64,000 bases of DNA from Anthoceros angustus (Eukaryota; Plantae; Anthocerotophyta). The notes under the pieces are model-generated. The model did no database searches. It saw nothing but the letters and a program-made list of their open reading frames with translations, and was not told the DNA's origin. The translations under genes were made by a program, and so were the position numbers. The stretch is taken from contig VJWM01000119.1 in NCBI GenBank assembly GCA_010909165.1, positions 744,001-808,000 on the forward strand, given 5' to 3'. This document shows, one piece after another, positions 31,601-45,578 of the stretch; the stretch's first letter is position 1; the number at the start of each line of letters is the position of its first letter.

Positions 31601-34600
31601 ATGTTTACGCTAACTGCCCCGCTGAGGTGGAGATTGTAGCCTCCTCCACATGTGGAAGCCGGTTAGGGAGGTGAAATGGAAGGCGGAGGAGCCCAAGGAG
31701 GAAAAATCGGATAGCCGGGAGTCGGGCGCTGCCTGAGGAGGAGAAGGAAATTCCCACCAAAGAAAAGGAGGAAGACCGGGGTGAAAGGCGGGCATCAAAA
31801 AGGTGAAGGCGGATGCGCTGGCCACTGTGTCGAAAACGCGGCTAAAATGAAAGCCAAACGGCAGCTTGGAGGTGGCGTAAGAGGAGGCGCGATCCGAGGA
31901 CAATTTTGCCGACTGGATGCGATGATGAATCAACTCCGAGGGTTTAGGGTCGACCTCGAGGCGGACCCCTCAAAGATGGGAAGAGATTTTCAAGGGGACT
32001 CCACCGCAATGAGGTGGATGCAACCGAATTGGTGAGGGTGCGACTCCGGGGAGGAAAGTTCTCGATGAGGGATGGCGCGCGCGGGCCGCCACAACAAGTG
32101 GACTTGCAGGAGCCGACCACGCCGATGATCCGGGCCCAAGCGCATTTGTTGGATCAAGCGGCTTTAGCTCTCACCGCCTCAGGGGGCGACGGAGGAAGTG
32201 GTGAAGGCCAGTTTGACGAAGGGGAGGCCAAGCGCAAGCAATCGGAGGAAGACAAGCGGAACCTAGAGGAAATAAGGGCCAAGATTCAAGAAGATTTGTG
32301 CAGGCCTGTGAGAAGTTGCAAGCCATGACGAGCCAGGAAGCACTCATGGCTCAAATTAAGGATGCCCACGACGAACCAGAGATGCAGGGGAGTTGTTGCA
32401 GCCCAGAGCGTGAGGCGGCCTCGGTGGAAAAGGCCCATAAGCTAGCGAGCGATATAAGCGGAGCGGATGAGGCACGCGGGTCGCCGTAAAAGACAAAGGG
32501 AAGGGGAAGCGCAGGTGACCACGATCGAGTAGCGGAAGGACCTACCGAGCGGAAGGAAGCAAAGAACCGAGGTAGCCGAAACCTCACCTACCGGTTGAAC
32601 GAACGACGGTGGAGTCCACTACATGTAGTCGAAACCGCCACCGACATTGGCGCAACCAACCCGGAAGGTGGGCGGGCGACAGGCGACGTGGCGCCGCGAG
32701 GACATAGGCCGTGCAACTGTGTAGCCTACGGGAGGAGGGGGTAAGCACCTCACCGCAGTTAGGGGTCCTATTATATTACGGCACATGGATGAGGAAACTT
32801 ATGTGCCCGGTCTATATGTGAATGGAGAACGCGTGCTTAACCTCACCGCCCATGTGCGTGTGGAAATAGGAGGGACTGTGGCCTACCATCGCAAGTGAGG
32901 ACCCGGTGCATACTTCTACCATCGCCCGGTGTGGGGTTGGCTCCCTATTATGCGGAGGCGACTTTGGAGGAGTTGAGCGAGGAGGAGGTCCAGCTTGGGT
33001 GGACGAGGAACCGAATAATCCTCAAAGAATAGGCGGCCGGAAGATGCGGAAGCCCAGGCGGTACACCTCAAATTCGACGCCCAGCAAGATGTGGAGGTGG
33101 CGAAGAGGAGGCGCGATCCGAGGACAATTTTCGACACGGATGATGAATCAACTCCGGAGGGTTTAGGGTGACCTCGAGGCGGACCCTCCTCGGCATGGGA
33201 AGAGATTTTCAAGGGGACTCCAGCAGCGGTGGATGCAACCGAATTGGTGAGGGTGCGCACCTTGGGGAGGAAAGTTCTCGACGGAGGATGGCGTCGGGCG
33301 GGCCGCCACAACAAGTGGACTTGCGGGGAGCGACCACGTCGATGATCCGGGCCCAAGCGGTTGTTGGATCAAGCGGCTTTAGCTCTCACCGCCTCTGTGC
33401 GGGCGGAGGAAGTGGTGAAGGCCAGTTTGACGAAGAGGAGGCCAAGCGCAAGCAATCGGAGGAAGACAAGCGGAACCTAGAAATAAGGGCCAAGATTCAA
33501 GAAGATTTGTGCAGGCCTGTGAGAAGTTGCAAGCCATGACGAGCCAGGAAGCACTCATGGCTCAAATTAAGGATGCCCACGACGAACCAGAGATGCAGGG
33601 GAGTTGTTGCGAGCCAGGCGAGGCGGCCTCGGTGGAAAAGGCCCATAAGCTAGCGGAGCGATATAAGCGGAGGCGGGATGAGGCACGTGGCGGGCGAAAA
33701 GACAAAGGGAAGGGCGGTAGCAGGACCACGGAGTAGCGGAAGGACCTCTGAGGCGGAAGGAAGCAAAGAACCGAGGTAGCCGAAACCTCACCTACGCGGT
33801 TCTTTGAGCGAGCGTCGTGGAGTCCACTACCGCGGTAGTCGAAACCGCTACCGACATTGGCGCATCCAACCCGGAAGCAGGCAGGGGCGGAGCGACAGGG
33901 TGCGACGTGGCGCCTCGCGAGGACATAGGCCAGGCAACCAGGTGTAGCCTACGGGAGGAGGGGGTAAGCACCTCAGCTGCAGCAGGGGGTCCTATTATAT
34001 TACGGCACATGGATGAGGAAACTTATGTGCCTGGTCTATATGTGAATGGAGAACGCGTGCTTAACCTCACTGTCCATGTGCGTGTGGAAATAGGAGGGAT
34101 CAGGGCCTACCTACTGCAAGTGAGGACCCGAAGTGCATACTTCTACCACTGCGCCCGGGTGTGGGGGTTGGCTCCCTATTATGCGGAGGCGACTTTGGAG
34201 GAGTTGAGCGAGGAGGAGGTCCAGGCTTGGGTGGACGAGGAACCAGTAATAATCCTCAGCAATAGGCGGCCAGCGGAAGATCACGGAAGCCCAGGCGGTA
34301 CACCTCAAATTGACGTCCGGTGGGTGAGGTGGAAGTAGTGTGGAGAACCCGTCCACCAGCCGGGCGTGGCGGGAGAGCTCGTGGCGGCAGAATGGAGGAC
34401 GAGGCCGACGGCCAAGTCGAGGTAGGGCGCAGATAGCGAGGGTCGAGGTGGTAGCAACCTAAAGATAATTTGGTTAGGTGTCGACCGACCTAGGATCGCC
34501 CGAATTGTGGGCGCGTCCCGCGATAGCCATCTTAGGACCTAAAATCCGGGCATGGTGCCCCACCGATGTATAAGAGGGGCGACTAGGTCCCTCACGCCGA

Positions 34601-37600
34601 TAACTCTCGGTTGAGATCCCCACGCCTGGCTGGTTGGAGACGTCCGATTGACAGAGGTGGTGTGCGCGAGACGCCCTAGGGTGGTCGAGAGCTTGCTCCG
34701 CACTGGGAGGAGGGGTGATAAAGCAATCTGCCGACAAAGGAGGAGGAAACTGGGATTGGCGCGGGTCCGGAGCTTGCTCGTAACGCCTCACTGACGCCTG
34801 GGGTTCTTCTTTCCTTCACACTTGTCCTCGCTAGTTGTGTTCAAATTGAGAGAGAAGTGTTGAGTGGATGGTTGGAAGCTGTGAGCGATTGAGGGAGAGA
34901 GAGAGAGAGGGAGAAGATTGGGTGAAGGAGTGACTAAACAATCAGACGATGCGAGGTGTGAGAGGAGTTGAGAAGGGAACTAATTGAGAGGCAAAGGAGA
35001 TTTGTGTGAATCCAAAAGAAACCAAACCGGCACCGGTGGAAGGCACAAGGGGAACAGCTCCTTGTAAAATTGTGTGAGTGTGGCGCCTTTGTGTGTGTGT
35101 GGAGCGTGAGGATTTGTGGAATTTAGGTCCCTAGGAATCGGTGTGTGTGTGCATGAAGTGTGGAGTGCAGAATAAAGCGGATCCGCACACGGGTGACGCG
35201 GATCCGCGCGCCGCACCGGAAATAAGTCGCTAGGGTTTGGTGGGACCCACCCTGGTCAAGCAACTACCGAGAGGGTGAGAGCCACCGCGGCCGTGGAATA
35301 AGATTTGCGTCGTGGAATAAGAGCCGTAGCTAAGTCGGGGTAGTAGTGGTTGAGTAGATAGGTAAGAGGAGTAATAGCAAGTAAGTCTTGACTTAGGTGA
35401 AGGTCAAGAGCGATAGAAGAAGGCCTCGCACAAACCATTCCCTTGGGAGCGAATCCTAAGCCTACAACGACATTGAGGGCGAATGTGGACCTCACGGTGT
35501 CCCTGGACACAAATCCACACTCCACACCTACGCACTGTCCCTACCGAGGTAGGGAACAAGGTGGTAGGAAACAAGTAGGGGACAGAGATGCGGGTAGTAT
35601 GTAGGGTGACCAGGGTGGCCCTACATGGGTAGGATGTAGGGTAAGGGTGGACTCTACTACAGAACTAGGTAGGTAGGTAGATAGGTAGGTAGATGGGTGG
35701 GGTGAGTGTCTCCTCACTGTAGGGAGTGGTGAGGTCTCACCGTAGGGAGTGGCGAGGTCTCCCCACGAGGAAGTGGGCGACACCCTACTTGGATACTTGG
35801 GGGCGACACCTACTTGGATACTTGGGAAGCAAGTCAGACAGTGTTCAACCTAGGAAGTTGTTAAAAAGGGCTGTATATGCAAGGTTGAGGATAAATAGGG
35901 TATATTAGGAATAATAATCCATAAATATGTAAGGTGTAGTGTAGGGTGTTTATAACAAGTAGGGCTACTAAATCGAGGACGGTGGAAATAGTGCCACATG
36001 GCAAGGAATCAACGGCCTATATCAAGAGTTTTTGTCACTACCAAAGGGCCATGCAAGCGGTGTGTAGGGAGTGGCACCTAGGAAGCTGTGAGGAATCACA
36101 GGAAGAGCTTGTGCATGCAAGGGAAAGCTAGAGCAAGGACTTGGTGGGAACGCGGTGCCCATGTGTGTGCAAGGAGAAGGAGGTGTGCGTGCATAAGGAG
36201 TTGTGTGTGAAGGGATTTGAAGCACAACTGTGAAGAGGGCAACGGCGCTGAATTTTTGTGCCTAGGACCTTGCAAGTGAGGGATTTGGGCGCATAAGGAG
36301 CTGTATGTTGTGAGGACATCAAGTTTGAGCTAGGTGGGACTGTGGAGTGAAGAGGAAGTAAGTGGAAAAGGGCTGAAGTTGCTCTCTTGGTGGATCTTGT
36401 GTGGCGAGTGAAGAAATCTCGCAATTGTGTGTAGACACTGAGGTGACAACTAGGTGGAAACGAGCACGTGGGCGTGCCCAAGCTTGTCTTGTTTGTGCAG
36501 TTATTTTGAAGGTGCAAGATGGTGAAAGCGCCTGCACCTAAGAAGGGCAAGTTGGTTGCTAGGGAGCCAGGGAAGAGGTACAGATGCTTGAATTTAATTG
36601 CTTCCCTGCACAGGTGGAGGCTAGGCACTTGGTGGCATTCAGATGGTTTGCTGGACAGCCCAACACATCCGACAGGTATATGGAAGGCCGTAGAGGATGA
36701 CTCGGAGGAGGAAGAGGAAGGCATGGAGCAAGATCCGCTCACGGGAGACCTTCTTGCAGTGGAGAGCGTGGAGGCGGTAGGGCCATAAGAAGTTGACCCA
36801 CGTCCGTAGGAGGTGTAGAGGGTGGCCCTACATCCGTAGGATCACCGGCGCGGTGAGACGGAGGTAATTGAAGGGGTTGGTGGTAGCTTGGAGTGTGGGC
36901 TCATTGCTTGGGGAGACTTTCTTTAGAGGAGGCATTAATGCTTGTCAACCCGGTGGGGTGTGTTGACTAGCTAGATAGGAATGTTGACAGAGCCATTAAG
37001 GCTCACATAGGTGAAGTTGCTAGAATAGAATTTTACCCAAGATGCTTGGATGTCGAACTTAAAGTCGTAGGATACACTAAAATAAGGAGTGAGGCGTGGA
37101 GGCGCGCCGAGGGAGGTGTATGTTGTGAGGACCTCCCTATAAAAGGAGGGAGCTTGTGAAGTAAAATTATCACGTCTTGCGCTCCCAAACTCGCGAGTCC
37201 TTTGCTCCTTGTGAAGGAATTTCGTGCCGGCTGCAAGCTAACGCAGTGTCTGGTAGAGAGGGAGTTTGCGGTGGTCGGAGTGCTTGGCGGAGGGCTCGCT
37301 CCTTGCGGGCGCCTCTGCAGGTTGCTCCCCTTGTGAATGGTTGCTGTGAAATTGCTTTGCTTTGGGTGTGTGGCGATGCCCAAGGAACTCTCGGCTTGAG
37401 GGTAGACTACAGGGAAAGACTCCACAGGTTCATTGTCTGGTGCAAACTCATAGCAACCGCCCAAGGAAGAACTTGTTGGCTTGTGGCGGACCCAGGCGGT
37501 TGTCGTAAGGCGAGCTAGGGCTGAGCTTGAAGTAAGGTTAGATTAGGAGGATGAGGAGTTGAGTTGAGGTGAGTGTATGTTGAGGAGAATGTGGAGCTGA

Positions 37601-38200
37601 ATGTTGAGTAGAGGAGTAGGTAGAGATTAGAGTAAGAAGAAGGCCCAAGTCGAGCCTAAGGGAGGGTCCCAAATGCACCAAACCGAGACCGGAAGCCGGG
37701 CTAAGGTCTCAAAATCACGGGTGGAGAAGTCGCTACCGTAGGGGGTCCCTACGCGAGACGGTGGACCTACCGCCATAGGGTGGGACCCACGATCGTAGGA
37801 TGTCGTAGGTCCAGTGGAGTGATCCGAGCAAAGGCGGAGTGGCGTCTAGAGTTGGTGGTTGAGGGTGTGCCAATTGTGGGAAGGCGATGGGAAAGGAATA
37901 GTGGACGATCACGGGGTGGTGAAGTCGCTGCAACGTAGGGGGTCCGGCGTAGTCACGACTCACGCTGTGGGGTGTGGACCCATAGTCGAGGGTGTCGTTG
38001 TAGGTCTAGAAGCGGTGATTGACGAGCAGCATGGTGAGGCGTGGCTGTCTGTGGAGTGAGTTGAAGTTGCTCCACCGTGTGAGGGAGCTTGGGTGTGAAG
38101 AGGCGTGTGGTTTGTGCCTTGGATGTTGGTGACCGACAAACAAGAGTCTCATGGGACGAAACCTATTGTACTTAGCTTATAAAGTGATGGGTGTGGCCAC
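28640..38200. mobile_element. Unclassified repetitive/TE-derived region with purine-skewed blocks, CCCTAC/GTAGGG palindromes and a broken accessory ORF
   Basis: No host-like genes. 29743-30020 is homologous to 40801-41110. 80-bp tandem at 30036-30175. Broken plus-strand ORF 31.7-34.3 kb (HMDEETYVPGLYVNGERV...). No catalytic TE domain recognised. Confidence 0.5.
31867..34315. repeat. ~1.22 kb tandem duplication
   Basis: 31867-33078 is repeated as 33092-34315 with many small indels. Confidence 0.9.
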
Positions 38201-39199
38201 TAGAGGGTGAATCTCGGAAGCCCGGTTTTCCTCCCACATCGTTTAAAAAAAAGCCTTTCCACGGTTTTTATCGAAATCCAGCCACATCCGCAATTTATTT
38301 TAATCGCACATTTTAGCGTTAGTACTCAATATATACCTCAAGCAAACCCCGCCTGACCAACAATAATGATCAAGGCTTTTATACATTCGTTCAAAAGCAG
38401 TCGCACACTGCTGGCCAATGCTATTTAAAAAAAATCGTGTTCCAAGGAACCGACTCGGATTTGAGTATAAATATCATAGTAATTTCAAACTAACATATCC
38501 ACATGTACACACTCGGAATCGTATGGAATAGAAAACGCAAGGAGCAAGGGAAGTAATATCCGTTCCCAGTAACTGTCGTGGCACCGGACTTCCGCCGCCA
38601 TGGCCCTCCTCTTGCCTTTCAGAAAGGCTTAATTATCCACTTCGGTAAAATTGCCCTTCACGCTGTCTACGCATCTGTCTGATAAGCAACCCGTCTAATT
38701 CCCCATGATAGACAAGTATCGAAAAGATGGTCATCCAAACATCCCAATCATAACCTCACACACAATCCAAGAGACGTGAACATAACCGTCCATGGAGCTC
38801 CTTGAGCTCACCCTCAACTCAGTCCCACATAACTTAGAAAGTTCCTATGTGAACAAAAGGAAAGCTTTATCTTGTCTCATATGCCTACCCAAAACTTCTC
38901 CTCAAAATCCTAATTCATTTCTGCAGACACCGCCTTGAACATGTTGATTCTGCATACACCAACATACAGTGTCAGCACATCATACACAAGACCAATGGCG
39001 CAAGCATACAAAGGCATCCAGAGGAGGAAAAAACTGCTGTAGGAGGAGAAGGAGGCCGAAGATGCAGTGTGGTCTGCGAGGCGGCGACAGAGGGAGCTGG
39101 CCCTTGTGATGGCAGCAGCAGAAACTGCTGCCAAAGCATTGGCAGTAGTGGAAGGAGCTTCCGTGAAGACTGAGCCATAGTGAACATCTGCCACACAGG

Positions 39200-39780
39200 C
39201 GAAACACTGGGTTTGGTGTAGCAATGGTAGCAGTGAGATTAACTTGATGCACCTCATACAATCCAGGGCTTCATCCATCAATAACTGGACAGCTGTTCAA
39301 ACATGTATTAGTGGTTATAAGAAGCACTATGCTTAAACTTAACACGGCTGATGACTGCATTGATGAACAGCCGAAAGTCTCGCAATGTTTGAGTGCCTAG
39401 ACGACCAAAAAATCTCTCTTGCCTAAGTGAGGGTCCTCCCCCCTCCATAGTGTCAGAACCTTCTGACTGATCAGCTTGGCCTTGACCTCCTGTAAGGGTA
39501 GTTCCCAAAATCCCCGAATGACTCCACTGCAAAAGGTTTGAATGGTCCTGATGATCCTCAGAATCCGAGCTGTTTGAAGCCACTGGTGTGAGCAAGTTGG
39601 TTAGAGGTGACCAGCTGATCACTGGCTCTGTAAATGCCACAGGTGTATTGGGTCCGATGCCGCCTTCAATGGCTTCTTCCCATTGTCGCTGCCGCCTGAC
39701 AGCCCACCTCCTCCTTGCCTGCGCCTGCTCAGGGCTAATCCGCCTAGGAATGTCCCGGGTCCTTAAATGGTAGCGCGGGC
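39200..39780 (-). mobile_element. Possible retrotransposon gag N-terminal relic
   Basis: PSLRQERFFGRLGTQTLRDFRLFINAVIS resembles the F.G......F start of Ty3 capsid domains. Weak. Confidence 0.35.
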
Positions 39781-40624
39781 TGGTCTCCTACTCCTCAGGG
39801 TGCATCACCCATGTGCAAAAGGAGGTTAGTCCCAAAGGCAGATTTGTACAATAGACACAAGCGACGCATTCAAAGCTCTCACCCTGGTTGGGTGTCAACG
39901 CAAGTTTGACCGCTCGCCTTATGAGCCGTAAGTCCGATTCGCAACGTGATCGAGATGCTTTAAAATTGCTGCCAGTATGGCCGCCAGCAGCTCCAGCCAT
40001 CTCGCAATGTTGCAATCCCTTGCATGTAGTGCTGGATGCGTGCGATCAGCAGTTAATGAAGTGAAAATTCGGGCACCATTGCTTACAGCATGCTGCCCAG
40101 AATCAAGAGGTTCACGCAATTTGCATGACCATGAGTCTAGAAATCGCGACAATGCTCTGCACAATACTCCGCTGCTCAAGACGCCATCCACAATTCAAAA
40201 TTCCATTCCAGCAGCCAACGAGTCTAGGGATTGCTCCCCTAGGCCTGTGCACTGCGCTCACAAGCGGGACTTCAACAACTGCCTGAAACAGCCCTAATTT
40301 CAAGCTTATCCTGACTCCTATCGCCGCCATGCTCACGCTCCACCTTAGCTCGGGTACTGCCCGACTTCTTGCCATGATTTGCGTCTTCCTCACACAATTC
40401 TGATGTGCCTCCCACGTTGAGCAGCACAGCTGCAACCAACTTAGCTCTAGGGTTTCTTAACCCGCTTTCTGACCTATAGGCCAACAGCTATTTCTGATAT
40501 ATTCATCTAAAATGGACATGCTCTCATACTAAGCTATATATCCATGTAAGAACTAGCCAAACATTGGTCAAACTATAAGCCCATACTCTTACCCCCGCTT
40601 AGCTATCAGTTGCATGACAACAGT

Positions 40625-40798
40625 CCGAGTACCAGCCATACTCCGGAAGGAGATTATGTCTACCTGCATCGGAAGCTAGGCAACACCTTGGAGGTATCCA
40701 CTAGCAGAGTCATCTTGCGGGTCGTGCGAGTAGGCAAAGATGGAGTGCTTGAGCTCGAAGGATCTGATGGCCGAAGATGTAAGGATCACCTCAAATAG
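40625..40798 (+). mobile_element. Ty3/gypsy integrase C-terminal (SH3-like) fragment
   Basis: EGDYVYLHRKLGNTLEVSTSRVILRVVRVGKDGVLELEGSDG..CKDH matches the GD.VYL...ILRV..V...GV..LEG.DG pattern. Confidence 0.6.
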
Positions 40799-41254
40799 GT
40801 ATGAAGGGAGGCCATTGTGGTGGCCGAGAGGAGAATTAGGCAGCAAGAAGGGTTGATATAAGAGTTGGTGGAGAAGTTTGCTAAGGAGAAATGTGGCTAA
40901 GGAGCTTGGTGAAGAGTTCGCTGGGGAATGAGTGCAATTTATTTACATGATGTGCACAAGAGAATTTGGTGTGTTGGATATCGGAGTATAAGAACTCTAG
41001 AGTTAAAAGTCCTAGGGGTGGTTTAGCACTCAGATGGGGTGCTTTTTGTGTGAGGTATAAGTGCTTATATTTGTAAAAGACACATGGGAGCTGATTGGGA
41101 GAATGCTTAGGCGGTTGCAGGCGCAGCCCAGCGCATGGGTTTTGGAGGCTGAAGATTGAGCTTTTTCCTTGGGTTTTGCTGGGCAAGATGGTCTCTATGG
41201 GAGCGCCTACTGTAAACGATGAGTGATTTTTTTTGTTTTTTTGTTAAGTGTGGT

Positions 41255-41525
41255 GTCATAGGGATACTCAAGACAGTCCTAGTGTAGGAGGATACTCAGA
41301 GCACTGACAGTCCCAACACAGCTCTATTTCACGTCGCACGACAGCTGTTATGAAAGACAAGCAGCTCAAGCTGGGACATACTCGGGACAGTCCCAACCTC
41401 AAACATACTCGAGATACTCCCAACCTCAGCCATACTCGGGACAGTCCCAGCAGTGAGTATACTTGGGATAGTCCCAACAAAGAACATACTCGGACGGTCC
41501 CACCACCTCGGCCATATACTGGATA
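41255..41525. repeat. CATACTCGG(G)ACAGTCCCA repeat array, copy 1
   Basis: Motif recurs ~7 times. Block 41272-41335 is homologous to 51335-51395. Confidence 0.75.
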
Positions 41526-42233
41526 AATTTGGCCTACAATCGAACGACGTATAACCTTTTCCGGTAAGAAGGTGTATTTGCTGTTCCGATTGATCCTGCT
41601 AGCAGAACATTCACTATTACTAATTGGTCAAAAAAAACGTCCGTGATACGCGTGGCCTAGAAATAAGATAGAGGTTCAGTGGGTCCCTTCTGTCTTTAGA
41701 TGTGTCTTTTGACGGACGTCCCTACACATCTAAGACGGGCAAGGCTAAGCTCGCTGCCTCGTGGCCCGATGGCCGGTTATGCCTTAACCGACGCTGGGAC
41801 CATGGTTTGTGGGACGCGGACGGAAAGGGAAACGGACGTTGCAAGTGCACGGGACGGAATCGTCCTTGGGGTCCGCCCGTTTTGTTGACTGGTCCAGTCG
41901 GCAGAACCAGGACGGGCTTCCCACGCCTTCTCGCTGTCCTTTCAGGGTATGTGGTCCCGTGTTGCCACGCGTCGCCTCCCTAAGTGGGTTAAGGGTTTGT
42001 ACCTCCTTCCATACGGCCGGCTCGTGATTTGTGTGACCTGGGCACTCGTCAGGGGTCAGGCGCCCGGGCGGCGCATGCATTCTATGTGTGCCCTGACCGA
42101 ATGTCAGAGTTATGCTAGTGGGGCGTTCGGATTTCCAGACCGTCCCGCTGCAACTTTCCCTGCACAACGCTCCCTTCTTGCTCATTTGGCCTTTCTGCTG
42201 GCAACAAGACTTGCTGATCAATTCTTAGGGCGT

Positions 42234-43262
42234 CTACAACATGCTCACGTCCTCCCCCTTCGACCCAGGCCCAACCAACTCCTCGTCAGGAAATCGGTCA
42301 TCTGTGGCCTCAAGTCGTTCTCCAGTTTTCAGACGAGAAATAAAATCAGCATTCTGATGCTGCTTCCCTGGCCTAGTTTCCACGTCATAATCAAACTCTT
42401 GCAGCAGTAGTACCCACCTGGCAATCCTTCCTGACAAATCTGGCTTGTTTACAAGGTACTTCAACGCGAAATGGTCAACATGAAACGTCACTTTGCAAGC
42501 AAGCAGATAGTGTCTGAACTTCTTAGAGGAGTAAATGATTCCAAGACCCTCCCTCTCTGTGGTTGAGTAGTTCTTCTCAAAGATCCGCGAGTCACTCACC
42601 GGCATAGAAAATAGGATGATCCTGCTTTCTCGGCCCTTTTGGCTTAGGGCGGTCCCAATAACATAGCGGACACATCCACATATACATGAAACGGTTTCCC
42701 AACTTGTGAAGCGAGTGCGCTCACCAAGCTGCCCTCACCGCTGAAAAGCCTCTGCCTTGCACCTGGCCCATTCAAAGGGTACATCCTTCTTGGTCAATTG
42801 TGTCGACAGCGCCTTTTAGCAAAACCTTGATGAATCTCCTGTAATATCCTACTGGGCCCAAAAAGTAACGCACTGTCTCACCGCTTAAAAGGCCCATCTC
42901 AGCTCATAATCGCACCACCTTTTCCCTATCTACCGCAACCCTCGTCAAAACCTCGATGTGCTAACAAATGCCCTCCGTCATACCAAAATAACACTTCCCC
43001 GGATGAAGTTTCATGTTCGACTCTCTGCACTTCTGGAAACACTGTCTTAAATGGTCTAGATGCAGTTTCCTTTTCCCAAACACGCAAAAATCATCCAGGA
43101 ATACCTCCATAAACTTCCGCAAGAAGTCTCGGAATATCGCGTTCACCACACGCTGGAAAGTGGCAGGCGCATTACACAACCCAAAAGGGAGCTTCGAATA
43201 AGCGTAGGTTCCCCAATCCGTTGTGAACGTTGTCTTGTCCTGATCTTCCTTCCGTAGCGACT
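42234..43262 (-). mobile_element. Ty3/gypsy reverse transcriptase-RNase H fragment (frameshifted)
   Basis: EDQDKTTFTTDWGTYAYSKLPFGLCNAPATFQR...EVFLDDF...HLDHLRQCF, and EKNYSTTEREGLGIIYSSKKFRHYL...VDHFALKYL...GRIARWVLLLQEFDY...NADFISR. Confidence 0.95.
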
Positions 43263-43571
43263 CCCGCATGGCTGGTCTGGTCAGCATGTGGATTGACCAA
43301 ATGGCCATACATTCAAACTTTAAAATAGGGGGGAATATCCTATTATTCCTATATTCAACGGAGGAAATCTTGGGACGAATGCATATTTCAAAATTGACAT
43401 ATTCAAGTATAAACCTGAGTAAATTTCTACTGTAACTCTGGAACAACTTCTAGTGAACATGAAAATTCCTAGAGGTAATACTTATAACCAAATTCATTGC
43501 CTCTACCACTGATACACTGGGATTTGAGATCGAGGGTAACGCATCTAACGCCTGACGATGCTTAGCATAGC

Positions 43572-45177
43572 TCACTTCGCGCGGCGCGCTATGCGTCGGC
43601 TTGACAACAGTTTCTTCTCGATTTCCTTTTCCAAAGGCGCTAGCCTTTTCTTCTTCCCTATCGGGTGCACCTGATCACCCACAACCATGGTACCTGAACC
43701 CTCCTGCACGTCATCAAACAAACCGGGATTCAGGAATGGGGGATGTGCCTGATTTGCCATCGACGAAAAAAGGTTGAGGAAGGATGTCCAAACGAAGGTG
43801 TAAAAGCACCTACCAAGGCTTGTTTCTTTGAGCTCCTGGTGATTCGCCTGCCAGATGCGGGTGTCCGTGGCTGAGTGGCAGGCACATACTCCATCTCCAT
43901 CAGCCTACGCAACTCTGAAGGCGTCTCCTCACCTCCTTCCATCATATGGTCATCGACTTCCGCAACTCTCCCGGTTTGGAGTGTCGCATTCCCATCGACA
44001 CCCTGAATCGATATCTTCGGTTCCCACACGCATCGGTGGATCGACTGCCCTCCTCCAAAGATCACCAACATGTCTGCCTCATCCACCACATCGCTAAGTC
44101 ATCATGGCAAATGGAAGACACTCTTGCGGGCAATCTTAAAGCACCAAATCATCATCACTCACCTCCAGACATTGGGAGCACCTTCCAAAATTCCTGCATG
44201 TCATCCATTGAATGAGCCAGCGCCCACTTTGTCTCATCTGTGCTTGGATACTTCCCCCACCGAAGCAGAAACCGCTTTCGGAACTCTGCAGCACCAATCC
44301 GCCCGTATGGATTTGTCCCCGCCTTACCATGCTTGGCCACTCGCACGGTATCTCACGACAGAGGCCATTTCCCCGCCACCTTCGTTGCCCACATGCCCAC
44401 CGCCTTCTTGCCAATCTTCCAATGTCACATCGGAAGGCTTCTTCCCCACTTCTTCCGCAATAGCTTTGCTCCTTTCTTAACCTTCTTAAGAATGGTGAAA
44501 TTCCTTTGCACCTGGCACTTGGAGAACCGGCTGTTGATGATGTCCACATTCGTAATAGCAGGAAACTGTGCCCGGATCCAGTCCACTAAATCAGTTCTGA
44601 GCTTGACAGAGTGCTTCGTCCATGACTTGAGAATCTTGAGCCTGGTGACACACAGCTCTTTTGTTCTCTTCTCGAACAATGACTTACTTCGGGCTTGCAC
44701 CCACCGGGGTCCACATCTCCTCGGCCCGAAGCCGATCTCCGAAACATGCTTGAATATCTCCATGATGCTTTGTTGTCCATGAGCCTTTATCAAACAACGA
44801 AACACATCAGAAATCGGATACGGTCGCAACATATCGCCCAGTGCGAGCAACTTCGGAGACAAGTCCATGACAGTCTTTCCAGTATTGTCCTTAACGCGTG
44901 TTTCCCACAAATTAGACATGGGCGCATCCTCCCTCTGTTTTGTGCAGGCCAGTGCATCGTCCTCCTCCGAGGGCATAAAATCGGACTCCCCATCGCTATC
45001 CTCACTCCCACAGTCATCCTCAGACATTGATTTATCCTCGGGAGGCACCCACGCCATAAGCCCGTCAAGCGTTTCCTCCCAGTTGTCCGGCATGCCGTCG
45101 GGCTCCACTCCCAGCTTCTCGGCTAAGGTGTTCCCACATGGAGAAGCCAAAGATAATATTGGGCACTGAAACTGCAA
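43572..45177 (-). mobile_element. CACTA TnpA/PTTA-like second gene (frameshifted)
   Basis: Co-oriented and downstream of Tnp2. Acidic N-terminus, W..HS..LR.DL..WI..QFP and KPSDVTLEDW segments reminiscent of TnpA-like proteins. Confidence 0.45.
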
Positions 45178-45578
45178 CTGTCGCCAACACAGCTGGAAAG
45201 ATGGCTGCGGTCGTAATTCGTGTTCGTCGCCTAGGCGGGAAAGGTGCAGCGTAAGAGAAGTCTGATAGTTTCTCGCCTCTTACGCTATGGCAGTGTACAA
45301 AAATCTTCACGACCAGGTTTGAATGAAATTGTACATGGGGCAGGGGCCCGGGCGTGAAGACGAACCTCTTCGCAACTGGTAAGGTGTCCAGCGCAACGGC
45401 CGATACCAGAGCCTGAACCTGCTGCACCGGCTTGGACGAAAAGGGGCGTATAGTATGGGCGGAGTTTGGGCGTAAAGCTGGGGAGAAGTCCACAATTGTG
45501 GGCACAGTTTTTTCAGTCTGCTCGACATTTCCAACATTGCCTTCCAATCACTCCGAGGTTTGCGAGTTCCTCCAACCA

